From: Elsinoe ampelina
Lineage: Eukaryota
Assembly: GCA_010093995.1 (NCBI GenBank)
Contig: ML992506.1
Coordinates: 62,001-126,000 of the forward strand
Length of the DNA: 64,000 nucleotides
Direction of reading: 5' to 3'
In this document: positions 23,802 to 37,000 of the stretch, in pieces
How positions within the stretch are numbered: the stretch's first letter is position 1
Layout: each line of letters opens with the position of its first letter
The notes under the pieces: model-generated
Database searches by the model: none
Told to the model about the DNA's origin: nothing
The model's input: only the letters and a program-made list of their open reading frames with translations
Program-made: the position numbers and the translations under genes

Positions 23802-26163
23802 GAAAGAGGTGAAAGAGGAGACCCGTGAGGGATGCGCGGACGAGTCTGCCCCACGGAAGGCTTGAGAGATAGCTGGGTTCGCGAGAGCAGCTGGCATGTA
23901 TTAGGTTGCAGCATCTGAGGCATTGACGAGATACCATGTATATCAAAAGCGACGAATGCGATCATGATTTGGGCCAGCGTCTCTCGAACGCATGCAGCGA
24001 GTCGGTGCACAGTTGACATGGTGCAGCTGTTGCATCAGATGGCATCATCATACGATATCTCTCGAGCATTTCTTTCATCACGCAGAATAGCGCCCACTGG
24101 CAGCATTCCAAATCGCTATGATACCAGCCCGGGACCCAACCCGGTCCCACCATCTTACTAACCACTTGACTACCAACCAACACTCTATCGATCCTAACGA
24201 GATTACCTCTCCCTCCCCGAGCCATGCAATGACATGCCCTACTCGGGGAGGTCGGTCCCCCGGCCTCCTTTCATCATTTGTCCTTTGTCCGAGAGCACAT
24301 GTGATCCATTCCAATTCCACAACCTTGTCCATCGTCGTTCCTAGGTCACCCAGATGGGATAGGTGTTGGGTCCCACCAACAAGCTCAATTCGAGCAGATG
24401 TTGTACAGCGGGGGTTGTCCGTCAAGACTCTGCTGCAAATTTGTCATGCCAGGCGTCGATAGGTGATTGCAGCACTTTCCTGCAGTCAGCATGGTCGTCA
24501 ATGTTTGTGCTACCCAAACACAAGACCAAGTACAGGTACCTATGACAATCTAGCAGCCTTACCAGGGGGCGACAGAAGCGGCTCTTCCGTCAGTGTCGTC
24601 CAATCGCATCTGAACGAAGACAGGCTGCCAGCCAGTCGGTATTCACCGCGCCACCCTCCTCCCCCTCTCCGCTGGGAAAGAAAAATTCATGGTTCGCCTC
24701 CACCACGTCCCATCACTGTATCTACCACGTCACTCCACCCGAATCGCGTCGTTGTCGCCATCAACTACTAGTAGCACAGGAACTACAAATTTTTCATGCG
24801 TTTGCAACCTGTTGGTTGCCCCCTACCCCAGCCCCGAAGAGCCCCGACTGGTCCGGCGATCACCGCCGTCGATCTTTCAGGCAGGCAGCTGTCAGGCGTC
24901 CGAGGACCCCGCCGCGCTTGCAGGGCCGGGGTGTTCTGGAAGGGTGTTCGTGGAAGGAATAAGATCAGAGGTGCGTCGCACGGGGAGGAAGGTGGTCAGG
25001 TCTGGACTGGGTCTGGTCTGTTCTTTGGTTTCTTTTGTTTTCTCTTGCAATGTGAAAATGCCGGGCCGCTCTGTGCTGGAGCTGCAACCTGGACGTGGAG
25101 CTTGGGCTGCTGCATGGTTACACGGGTTTCAACTTTCGCGGAGTCGGGCAGGTGGGATCATGCATGTTTTCATCCACAGTCGTCGTGTCGTGGTGCAGTT
25201 GCAGTCGCAGGTGAGGTGGAGCCAGTGGAGACTTTTGATGCGACGGTACAGTACAGGCATGTTTATCCTGCCTTGTCATGCCTCCACCGTGCCTTGCCAT
25301 AAGGCGGAGGTGCCGAACGCTTTTGCGTTGTTGCATGCTGCGGTGAGTCCGTTCTTCGTGGCACAATCCTTTGCACGACATTGTACGCGGCAGGGTGGCG
25401 GGGCTGGATCTTGACCGCCTGGGCAGTCTGGGACGCCATGAGATCGAAGGATGTGCAAAAGCACGGGGTTGCCGTTGTTGAGACGGGACAGCCGCATCAC
25501 GACTGCAGGAGCCGCGTCCGCTATATAGGACACCTAGTCATGTTTTTGTCGTTCCAGCCGTCTTGTTTTCTCGGAAACTCCGTGATTGGAGTCGCCTTCT
25601 TGACAGGATTTGACGCCATGCGCTGGTTTCGCTTGTGTGCTTACGTAGGACGGTTCACGGTGACACGTAGTTGTGGCGATTCGAGGTGCAGACTTTTCGT
25701 TCGTTGGTTATTAGACTATTACAGCAATACAATTACGTGGCGCTCTATTGTACACGCTACTTGCGGCGCCCACTCCGATGATTCCATATCATGAATTCGT
25801 CCCTGAGGCTAGCTGCTGAGGCGTGCTAGTAGGCCTGACTGTCTCAGAAGCCGAACAGGGCAGCAGCGGCTGAATTAAATGAGTGTGTAATGTGGGCGGA
25901 CCGATTCAGAGCTGAAGTGGTGCTGAAATGCTCGGTGCAATAGTAGAGCTTTGCGAGTACTTGGTGATCATGGAATATAGTGACTTGATGAAGTAAAAAG
26001 TTTGATCGACAATTGGTATAGCCTCCCGTCATGATTTCGTGAACCCATATCTCCGAATTGCAGTGTATCCCCCCTGAACTTTTTATGGTTGTTTCTACGC
26101 ATTGAAATGGTGTGCACGACACAGTAGACGCCAGTCGCTCATGCTTTGATACGGGTTGGATGA

Positions 26164-28660
26164 TTATCGCTCCTGGGGCACTTCATCGATAGTCGCGTGC
26201 TGTCGGCCTGGCTGGGGTATGACGTTCGGCGGTGGCAGTGTCTGTCCCATTTGAGGATACATCCCAGGTGGACCGCTCATGCTCCCTCGATTCATTGGTA
26301 TCGGAGGCGGTTCATCTCGCATGCATGCAGTCTCCAGAACATTCGTCCATTTCCCACTTGTGCCGGCATGACTGTGCTTGAGGTGTTGTCGGAAATGATC
26401 TGCCCTGAAGAACTTCTTCACCTGATTGCATTCGCCGTATTTGTGAATGACACTCAGATGGCTGCGTCGTTCATCCCAATCGGCCGGGTTCGGAAATTCT
26501 TCGCCACAGTACCCACATACGTCGGTCTGGCCGCCATTGGTCTGCGAGACGTGGAAAGCCGCCTCGACCCCCGGCAACGCCGCACACGACCACGAATGGC
26601 GACGCAGATGTAGCGAATTTTGGTGACGCTCGGCCTCGTTCTTGTTCTTGAAGCGATTTGGGCAATATGCGCATGTGTATTGCTTCTCGATGTGATGCAG
26701 CCTAGTCTCGTATCAGTAAATGCAAGCACAAATATTCAGCAGGATTACGTACCGCAGATCCTCTTCCGTGTTGAACTTTTTCGGCTTCTTCGGGCAGCAA
26801 TCACATATCAACACGCCAGGTACCGGCTGGTGGTGCATGGGAGTCTCCGTCATTGGCGCCAAAGATTGATGGCTAATCTGCTCGAGTCCAGAACGTACTA
26901 GCTGCTGGGTCGATATCGAGCTGCGAGGGCTAGGATTTAAAGATTTGGATCCAGGAAAAGGTGGACAGAGCTCAGGGTCTATGGCCGGAGAAAGCGCGCT
27001 TGGAGAAAGGCGTCCAGATGCCAGACTCGTGACACTGCTAGCAACTGACAACCCATGTGACGACCCTAGCGAAGCCGTGCGGTGGCCAAGGCTCGAAGCC
27101 GACGAGACGGAACTATGGTGAGGATAGTTGTAACGTGAGGCAGGGGAGCTCCTGGGCGGAAATTGTTGTAGAGATCGTCTATGGTAGAGATCGGTGACCC
27201 CTGCGGCCGAACCAACAGAGGACCGGTCAAGCCGAATCGTGTCCCTTTGCGGTGATGACGCGCGCCGCTTCATTCCAGCTCGTGGCCCGACCAGAAAATC
27301 ATCGGCAGCTCCGGGGCTGCGATCATTGAGGTTGAGGTCTTTCATCTGTCCTTCTTCCATGGGAAATTCTTCGTGCGGGAACATGTTTGAATCATGGCTA
27401 CCTCGGTGAGATGAAGAGCTGTCGTCAAATGTCAGGCTGGGGTGCCGTCTTCCGGATAGGCGGCTAATCTCGGGCGGATCGAATATAGACGAGCTGCGGA
27501 ACGATGTTGGTGATAGTATGCTTGCCGAAGAATTGTTGCGACTGTTGCTGGTGATGCTATATCGAGTGTCGTTGGAAGACCGCCTCCTCTCTGGCATTGA
27601 CAGTCTCTTCAGCGCAGGCGGTCGTACGTCCGCGAGGCTGGGCGACAGTGAAGCAGGCTCGCCAGAACTGCTCGAATATGATGAAGTCCGTACAGGTGTT
27701 CCATTCGGTCCTCCGATTTTGGAAAGCAGATTTCGATCGTATGCTTGCGACGAAGTGTTGAGAGATCGCTTTTCGAGTTGTCGTTCGCTTTGGAGACTGT
27801 AGGGCTCGGTCAGCTCTTCCGAACTTTCGTCCCATAGAGGATACATATTGTTGGAAAAGAAAAAGCTAGAAGGAAAAGAGCCGAAATCCATGAACGCTGA
27901 TCGCCACACTGAGATGGCAAACCCAAGAGTCCCGGGGCGGCCATAGACGGGAATAATCTAGGCAAAGACTTTCGGTCTCTGTTCGGGTCCCTGCAGCTGA
28001 CATGGCTGATGTGTGATCACAACGTCTCCTTGCGTACTGTGCCGTCCGTATTGCCTCGTACAGGAAAACACGAGGAGTCGTGAATGCTGCCTGTTGTCCC
28101 AAGAACCAACTCCCAGCAATCCGGCATAGCATCTCTTCAGCAATCGTATACAATCCCTCCATGCATGTGCCCAAAATCGACCGTCATTCTTGGAATAAGA
28201 AGAGTGCTTACCGGTAGTTCGGGGATTCTCCTGCCGGCGCTTCATCGCTGGGTGTCCTGGCTTCATCCAGATTCAATATGTCTCGTGGTATTCCTGACGT
28301 TATAGTCGCCGCCGAGCTTGGCTTCCTTGCCGGGTCAATCTCCGGTACGTCTAGCACAATGTCACCCGAATTCTTTCTCGACCTGCTGTCGCTTGAAGAC
28401 TCTGATCTCCCCCCCATGCAGAAACCCTGCCAGTTCGGATTGTTGTTGAAAGGCCATGATTGTTCCGTCGTTAATCCGAGCTCTTCCACGTTGGTTGGGG
28501 GTGGTAGTGGGGGCGGCGGGGCTTGCGCACGATCGCTATTAGGTATTGACATGGGCGAAGCCGCCTGCGGAAAGGACGAGTAGGAATGCGGATACCGGTT
28601 TGGGCTTTTGTGGCGTGAAGAGTGAGAGATACGAATAGACGGAGGGGTTGACATGTCCAT
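26164..28660 (-). CDS. C2H2 zinc-finger transcription factor (four C-terminal fingers, long S-rich region)
   Basis: Introns 27797-28211 and 26702-26752 join three ORFs in frame. Fingers include CDCCPKKPKKF...LHHIEKQYTCAYCPNRFKNKNEAERHQNSLH, CGYCGEEF...H...H and CNQVKKFFRADHFRQHLKHSH. Confidence 0.9.
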
Positions 28661-30538
28661 GGCAGGAGATGCGTGCCCGCCAAGCGCGCTGGCTTCGTAT
28701 TGCTCTCTCTCACCACACGCTTGCGAACCAAAGCGCCTCGGTGCAGCTGCTCAATGCGGTCGTGACGGGTAAGACAGCGGATGCGGGTTCTGACGGGTCG
28801 TTTTTCGACTGACCAACCGTGGAACAAGCACCGTGGCCACCATGGGAAACGTCGCAAGCAATCCGACTTTTTAGGCTTCGAGAGGCCGTTCCACGAACGC
28901 GATCAACGCGGGGGATAACACGCAGAATGAGCTTACGTGCCCTCGGGGAGGGTGGGGTTTCTTGACGGGTTGGGGCGTCGGCCGTGAGAAAGTCTAGCAA
29001 GTTGAAAGGGGGGGAGGTAAGACAGAAAGGTCAGGCAGGAAAGACGACCTGTATGGCCAACAGACCGCAGTCGGCACAAGAGTACTGTAGACAAGACCCC
29101 ATTTCATGCCCGGACTAACAGAGCTACTAGCCCTACGGCAGAGGTCCGAGGGCACAGGGCGAACACAGGGCTGTGGACTAAGAAGAAAGGATCCGCGAAA
29201 ACGACGTTAGTTTGAGAGAGAAAAGAGCGGGTCGGGCAAAGAGCTACAGGTACTCCTCTAGTGCCGCCGGACGGCAGCCTCTAGCTCCGCGTCCACAGTC
29301 GCATGTTGCATTCTGCAATCTGCATTCCCGGTTTGATCAGCCCTTTGTTGACGAGCATTGACATTTCCAGCGGACATGCTTTGCGGTAAGCTTTCGACTT
29401 GGCGAAAATCAACATTTTGTGATGCGAACGTGACAACTACCTGCCAGGTAGATGCAGATGCAGCAGGGACCAATGTCATCTGAGTTGCCGTACTGTATAC
29501 CAGGTCGAGGATAGTGCCGCTGCATCTCATCGGTAGAGGGCACAACGAAGGCCCTAAGCGGAGTTGATGGGTCGCCGTGAGTGGTCGTTAGCCAAAGTGT
29601 GATGTTCCTAACCGTTCGGACTTGTGACGGTGTGTCGTCAGATGCAAGCCTCCAGTGGGAGGAAGCGCCAGAAGGGTGAGACGGATGTGATCTACAACTG
29701 TCAACTTCACCCGTTTCATCCCACTTCCATATCGACTGCTAGCTGTAAACAGTATGGCCTCGAGCCTGGTTCGCAATGAGCACTACTGCCGGTTGATGAT
29801 AGCTGCACGCGCATCCTTGCATTTCTTCCCTCTGCGCCGCAGAAGCTTGACGTCGAGTCAAGGGGTTGTATCAGCCTACCAGGGTGGGGTTTTGCAATCT
29901 GCAGATTGACATTCAAATTCCAATGGTGCGAACGGTGACCCAAGCTCGAGTGGCATGAGGCCCGTGTGGTTGAAACAGACGCCTGGCAAAATACTTTCCG
30001 ACGTGTGAGCAAGCGTAGCCGCTCTATTATGTACCAAACGACGCAGGGTTGGACCTGGCCGTTTTGAGCTCCGAGACGATACAAACGTTCAAAGTGCGCA
30101 TGGTGGTGGACACTGAGAATTGTGCTTTGAGTTTCTGCCCTGTCCAACCCGAACTGAAGCAGCCTTGTAGAAATAAGTGTACCGAACTTGCGAATTCCCA
30201 CTCGGGAGCATGATGCGGAACCACTTTGTTGCCGACCAGGCCTGATCGCCAAGATGAAGCTATGAGGCGAGTATCTTTACAGCTTTCAAGACATGGTGCT
30301 GAGGCTTCGATAGAAAGCATGTGCTGCAACGGAATGCCGATTGCTTATGACATGGCCGAAACGCTTCGACCTCGAGGACTGACTTACAGTATTTGTGTGC
30401 TTTAACGGAGACGCCAGCTTGACTCGTGACTGTTGGGCAAGCATGATAGGGATGGCTGAGAAGTGAAGCGTTAAGATTGGCCAATCCTGGTTAGGCGAAT
30501 CAACCAGCAGCCAGCCTCATCGTCTCCACTCTCGCTTC

Positions 30539-30564
30539 CTGCAAGCTGCAAGCTGCAAGCTGCA
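30539..30564. repeat. Tandem heptamer (CTGCAAG)x3.7
   Basis: ctgcaagctgcaagctgcaagctgca in the intergenic region. Confidence 0.85.
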
Positions 30565-31292
30565 TCCCCGGTGCATCGTTGTCAGCTGAATAAGTCGCCG
30601 GCAAGAGATGACGAGGTGCGGCCGCCATCATTCCGGTAAGGGGTCAAGATGGCACTTTTAAAGTGGGAGTAATTGTTGTTTTGAGAAGAAAGAAAAAGCT
30701 CTTCGGTGAAAGACCCGATTGAATGGTTTGGGCAATGGAACCAATGTGAGGATTTTCAGCCCTACGAACGCAATTCAAGGCCCGCCCTGGAGAATCCGGT
30801 ACGGAAGTATCCACAGATTGGCGATGGGCTCCACTCGAGTTCGTTCAAGGCATGTCTTCTGCGCTGTTCGCTGTCTCCGTGGGTTGATCGAGGATGCATC
30901 CATGCGTCTGTTCGGAGCACGCGATGCAGGCCACGTTGGTGTTTCTGAGAATCATGCCGAACCCTGCGAGGTCATGCCGGTGCATGCTGCTTGACAACGT
31001 GTGCGGTAGATCGGCACCAACCATGGCTGCCAAGCTCGCTAGGTCGGTTAGGAGGCGGAGTCGAAGATATGCACTGTGCACGGGAGGAGATGCATGGCAT
31101 ATTCATCCTGGATCCGTACCATCCCGGGAACATTTCACGATTCAGGGGGGAGGACCAAGACCGAGACTCACCAGTCCGTTGCACAAGCACGTGAACATAT
31201 TGTGCGGCACGAAAGTCAGTCAATAATTGGTCATGTAAAGACAGGAAACCTACTCGAAATGCTTCGTGGTTGATCCGGCACAGGAGGTGCAG

Positions 31293-31324
31293 GTGCCGCC
31301 TGTGCCGCCTGTGCCGCCTGTGCC
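31293..31324. repeat. Tandem 9-mer (GTGCCGCCT)x3.5 upstream of YVH1
   Basis: gtgccgcctgtgccgcctgtgccgcctgtgcc. Confidence 0.85.
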
Positions 31325-31470
31325 AAGACCGAAGTCGCAGCCAGGTCGAATTTTCACATCCATGACAACCCCCTCGGCTGGCGTGGGATGGTGAGCATCA
31401 GCAATGTTACATTGAACGTCCTCACGAGGCAAGCAATTTGCAAGCCCCTCTGAGAGCTAGACAGTCCATC

Positions 31471-32565
31471 ATGAGCTTGCTCGACAAGGTACCGGGTGAT
31501 ATCAACCTGTACATAGGAGGGTTCGTCAACCCCATACCTGCTTAGTACGAGGTCGGAATACAGTCCTGACACCTGGCGATAGACTTTTCACTCTTCGGCG
31601 CAAGGCTTCATTGAAAGAGTGCAACATCACTCATGTCCTCACAATCTTGAGACTTCCTCTTGATCGAGACTTATTTGAGGGGTACAAACATCAAGTCTTT
31701 GAAGTAGACGATGTAGACGACGAGAATCTGCTACAGTATTTGCCACAGTGCATCACTTTCATACAAGATGGTCTCGACTCTGGTGGCGGTGTGCTTGTTC
31801 ACTGGTGCGTCGCGGTCGTAAGTGATGACGTAGGATCCACTGACAATACGATCCCAGTGCTATGGGCAAGTCTCGTTCTGCTACAGCAGTAATCGCCTAT
31901 CTCATGAAACGCTTCGACCTTGGTGTTGAGGATGCTCTGGCCAAACTACGAGAAGCACGTCCTTTCGTCGAGCCCAACGACGGCTTCATGGAGCAGCTTC
32001 GCCTCTTCCGGACGATCGGCATGCCGGACGAACTGGACGAAGTCCCCGCATATCAGCGTTGGCTATATCAGCGCGAAGTTGAGCTCAGTCGAGCTTGCGG
32101 CCAAGCACCTGATGCCGATAAGATTCGTTTTGAAGACGAGCACGTAAAAGACAAGCAAGGGGCCAGCATGGAATTTCGATGCAAGAAGTGCAGGTAAGGT
32201 CTAAAGAGCTCGATGGCCATGCTTGTGCTAAAACTTTGCTTAGGCGCACTTTGGCAACATCTCAATACCTTAACGATCACCAGCCTGTGACGCAAAAAGG
32301 CTGTGCTCACTACTTTGTCGATCCATTATCTTGGATGAAGACGGAGCTCGAACAAAGCAAGCTGGATGGTCGTCTCGAATGCCCCAAATGTAGTGCCAAC
32401 GTGGGCAAATATGCTTGGCAGGGTATGCAATGCAGCTGTGGCGGATGGGTTGTTCCAGCCATCTCACTCGCAAAGGGTCGAATTGACGAACATAAATCTA
32501 TTGCTGCCTCCGCTGGAAGCATGGGAATCAGGATGCCTGCAAAGACCAGCAACGGCAATCTTTGA
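31471..32565 (+). CDS. YVH1: Dual-specificity phosphatase with C-terminal zinc-binding domain (Yvh1/DUSP12)
   Basis: LYIGG, VLVHC|AMGKSRS, PNDGFMEQL, FRCKKCRRTLA and GRLECPKC...GKYAWQGMQCSCG. Introns 31521-31582, 31805-31857 and 32194-32243. Confidence 0.93.
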
Positions 32566-32698
32566 AATTGAGTTATTTCTTTGAATGTCATCATATGTCC
32601 CACTGGCCAAAGATCCGGAATGGGACGACGGAGGTTACATCGCACTCTACATCCTCATTGGACTGGCTGCGCCCCATCTCTGCTGCATTGAGAGCTCT

Positions 32699-33550
32699 TC
32701 ATGCTTCGGTCTCATTGTCCTCCACATCGACCTCCTTTGGCAGTCCAGCATCCACCACGAAGCCGAAACACCTACAAGCGCAGCACTTTTCATGCCTCTG
32801 TATCGCCTGAGCATATTTGAAAAGATGCCACCCGCTCCAAAACCTCGCTTTTCCGTTACTCTTGAAATGCACATCACACCACCCCTCCGGTTCCCTAGAA
32901 AAATGGACCACCCCTTCCTGTTCGAGCACCTCCACCGGAGCGGACACGGCGGTCGATCCATCACGCAGTACGCGCCTCTCCTCCTTCAGAATCAAGGGAA
33001 GCAGATCGACCAGCCTGCATTCACAGTCGGCCTTGGCCTTCCCCTTGCCGTACAGCTGCAACACCTCCATCACGCCCTGATCTGCCGGGCCATGAGTGGC
33101 ACCATCGCTCGTACTACCAGTACAGGTGAGGTAGTACTGTGGCTGATTGGCGTTGCGGCAGTAGCTGTAGCCGTAGTCGGTTCTGTCGCTGCAGATCCGA
33201 CGCCAGATGCTGAAGTGGCGCTTCAGTCCGCCGTGGAAGTGGGAGGATTCGCCAGCGTCGGATTTGGTCGAGACGTCCTTGAAGGTCTCCCAGTGACCGG
33301 TGATAGTAGAGAGGAGAGTACTTTGAGAGTCCACGTTGTCGATCGGCGGAACTGATGGGTTGCTGGTAGTAGACCACTCGGCGGGGGTTTGGGTAGAAGC
33401 GTCGGCGTAGTTGACCTGCATGATGGGTGAAATTGGGGATAGGATGTGTGGAAATTGGATCGGGCAGGTGACAAGAGGGATTGACATAGTGGCTCGGACA
33501 GAGTTCGTATTATATGGTTTCTTCTGCCGGTCACCGCGAACTCTGCCCAT
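32699..33550 (-). CDS. Orphan hypothetical protein
   Basis: 283-codon ORF with several in-frame ATGs and no recognised domain. An antisense 256-codon ORF overlaps it. Confidence 0.35.
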   Translation of the reverse strand: MGRVRGDRQKKPYNTNSVRATMSIPLVTCPIQFPHILSPISPIMQVNYADASTQTPAEWSTTSNPSVPPIDNVDSQSTLLSTITGHWETFKDVSTKSDAGESSHFHGGLKRHFSIWRRICSDRTDYGYSYCRNANQPQYYLTCTGSTSDGATHGPADQGVMEVLQLYGKGKAKADCECRLVDLLPLILKEERRVLRDGSTAVSAPVEVLEQEGVVHFSREPEGWCDVHFKSNGKARFWSGWHLFKYAQAIQRHEKCCACRCFGFVVDAGLPKEVDVEDNETEA

Positions 33551-34086
33551 CCATGTGCAGGTTCATCCGATGTGTCGCAGTTTGGTTCATATGGCAGAGG
33601 CGACCTTTCGGAGATACCGTGAGCTTGTAAAGTGCGAGATGGAGCTATGTTAGGGGTTTATGAAGTCTACCTGTGGAGCATAATCATCCTGTTTGCCCAA
33701 GGTCTACTTACCTCCTAGTTCCCATGACTAAGCTGGTTGCCCATGTATATTCTCTGCTGGTAGTCAATTTCTCCTTTATGTATTCCCTGGACGTCCCGTG
33801 ACCCATCGCGTCTGGGATGCTCGGTACCTACTAGTCTGGGTAGCTCCACCATGATGGCGTATGATGCAGTCGTGACTGAGGACGAGGAGGGGCAACATGG
33901 ACTTTCCGAAACTGCCATGCTGCACGACACGAAATCAAAATTCGCTGACGGAACCTCGCTCTCGCGGATGCCGACATTTTCTGGTATGCTTCCAGATGAC
34001 CTTAATGTTGCTTCGATGGCTGGATCCGGCTCGATGCGACACGACCGGCGGTCTATACCTGGACGGCATTGATGAGCTGTTACAGC

Positions 34087-37000
34087 ATGGCTGACATGGC
34101 TGCATCGAGAGGCTCCGTTCAGTCATCAACAGCACCTTCACCAGAGTTGGTCGCAACGAGTCTCGTCGAGTCTCTTGATTGCGATACTCGACCGACGTTC
34201 GTCCTTGACGTCGCCCAAAGAGCTTCAGTCCACTCAGCCGCCATTGTGTATCGCAACACACCTTTTCGAGACTTCGAACAGTCACTTGAGCAGGATGAAG
34301 CTAGAGCTCACTCTACAGAGCTTCGCAATGCAACAGTTGCCTTCTTCGCCTGGGCTGGTAGCGACTCCATCGACCTGGTCAACTTTCGTGATGCATTGTG
34401 GTCCGCATTCACCATCAAGGGAAGATGGAGGGTTATCAGTGGCATCATCTCAAAGGGCTATCAGAGGCCCAACACTACACCATCCTCGCTGGGTCGTGAA
34501 TTAGACACCGACTACATAGAAAGGAATCCTTCCACCCCATTACGTACACCGAGCCGACGCAACTCTGCTCGCTGTCACTTCTATCCGGATCGGCCTATTC
34601 CCCATCTCGATCTCATCCGAGGACATCGCTGGCACGACACAGTTCTGGGTCTGATTGATACCTGGTCTCCGACCCTTCAGCATGCAGTACAATTCTGCTT
34701 GAGCAACCCTGCCCCTTCAGCAGTGTTCACGTCGCCCGAGCGAATCATGGTATACAATGAAGCATTCTGCCCCCTCATAGGTTCGTGGCATCCGAAGCTG
34801 ATAGGACGCTCCCTCAAGACCGAATGGGACTTCTGGCCCCACTACGAGAATATATGTTTGGAGGTCGAGGCCACGAAACAGGCTGTCAGCGTGGTAGCTG
34901 CCAATGGCCCCTTGTTTGAGCGGAACGGCTTCCTGCAGGAGACCTTCTTCACTTTCGACTACATCCCAATCTTCGACCAAGTCGGAAACGTCATTGCTGT
35001 CTGCGATCAGGCCACCGACGTCACTCAAGACATGTTTGCTCGGGGTAGAATGAAGATGCTTCAGATGACCAGTGACATTGCCACACCGGCTACCACATTG
35101 CGGAACTTTTGGGACACTACTCTGCGTATCCTAGAGGATTCAGATGGCGATCTTCCTCTGGCAAGCATATTTCTGGTAGGGGATGAAGTGACTTTACATT
35201 CCTCTACGGGTCAAGATGAGAATGCCGAAAATATAGAAACATGGACTTCGAAAGGCTCTTATGGTTTCCCTCAAGTTCAAACCCTCACACTGGACTCGTG
35301 GAACAGATCAGACCCGCAGGGTTTCAAGAGTGTCATGCGAAGTGCCATCGGCAACAACTTGCCGACTGTGCTAAGGTCAGGGGACAAACATTTCCCAGCG
35401 GAGTATCTGACACACTGTGGTCACAAAGGACATCCTTACAAGACGTTGATCTTATGTCCTTTGCGTTCCGCTAGTGGTATGGGAGTGGGCTGCCTTGTGC
35501 TTGGTATCAATCCACTGCGGCCTTACGACGACGATTACCAGCACTTTATACAGGTCATGGCAAGACAGATTGAGGATGCTCACAACTTGGTCATCTTCAT
35601 CGAGGCACAGGCGAAGCTTCTCAGGGAGACCATGCAAGAAGCTGCTACACGACAGCGAATACTAGCGGAGCAGCTTGAACAACAGACACGGAAAGCACAA
35701 GAGGCAGCCGTCCGCTTCATGAGCTTCGCCAACCAAGCTCAAGTCGGCGTCTTCGTTTTGGATACAGATGGATCAGTCCGATACTGCAACGATACATGGC
35801 GTCACCTGATGAACCTGACCAAAGGAGAGGTCAATGATCCTGAGCACAAGCATAGTTGGCGCCCGCATATACATCCAGATGACTACATGCTGGTCGAAGA
35901 GCAATGGGGATTGTTGATAGGAGGTATGCCACAGGAGTCTTTCGAGTTTCGAGTCATGCATCCGTCTGCCGGTCCCAACGACGAAGGCAAGACCGTATAC
36001 CTCCGGTCTTCGTGTGTTCCTGAAGTTGACGATGGTGGAATCATGAAGACTATCACCGGAATATTAGTCGACAGATCCTTGGAGGTTATCCACGAACAAG
36101 CTACCACTGCGAGAATGGAAGCTGCACTGGAAGAGAAGCGAGCTCAAGAATACTTCATGGGTTTGTCAGAGCTTCCACTGCCTGGTAGTTCCCATCACTG
36201 ACTCAAGCAGACATGACCTCCCATGAAATGCGCAACCCGCTGAACGCAATGATCCAATGTGCGGAAGAGGCTCTAGAAATCATCGATCAGATACGGGACG
36301 CTGGTCAGCCCTCCGAAGCTCTTTCAGTGCTAGTCAAAGACTGTATCACAGTCACTCGCACAATTCTCTACTGTGGCCGTCATCAGAAGCAGCTCATCGA
36401 CGATGTCTTGACGGTGTCCAAGCTCGACGCAAACCTACTCACCATCTGCTCCGTGCCGACCTGCCCTGAGAGCGTGGTTAGACAAGCCGTGAAGATGTTC
36501 CAGATGAACATGAAAGCTGCCGACGTCACGTGGGACACGAGAGTCGAATCCACAGACATTCTCAAAACGGAGCAGAACACTGTTTTGATGGACCCAGGTC
36601 GGGTATTGCAGGTCCTAATCAACCTCATCAGCAACGCGGTCAAGTTCATGAAGGATCAGCCGGAGCGACGCCTCCTGGTAGTGCTATCTGCCTCATCGGA
36701 CAAATTACTTTGCCCGAACATCAACTACATATCTTCGGGTCGTGAACGAGCGGAACCAGAAGTCAGTACTTCATGGGGTCAGACTGAGCCAGTCTATATC
36801 CACTTCTCGATCCAGGACACAGGTCCCGGCCTGACTGAGCAGGAAATGCATGCACTGTTTGCTCGGTTTCAGCAAGCATCTCCGCGGACTCACGCACAGT
36901 ACGGCGGCTCAGGACTAGGCCTGTTCATATCAAGAGAGCTGACTGAACTTCACGGGGGTGCCATTGGTGTAGCCTCAACAGTTGGAAAGGGCAGCACATT

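Noticed and set aside
24689..25414. 241-aa ORF in the HEM2-TF interval
   Set aside because: No domain, atypical composition and no codon bias. Treated as non-coding.
25985..26077. TGATGA...CTGA pair resembling a C/D box snoRNA
   Set aside because: No terminal stem and no perfect rRNA-complementary guide that I could identify. Such boxes occur by chance.
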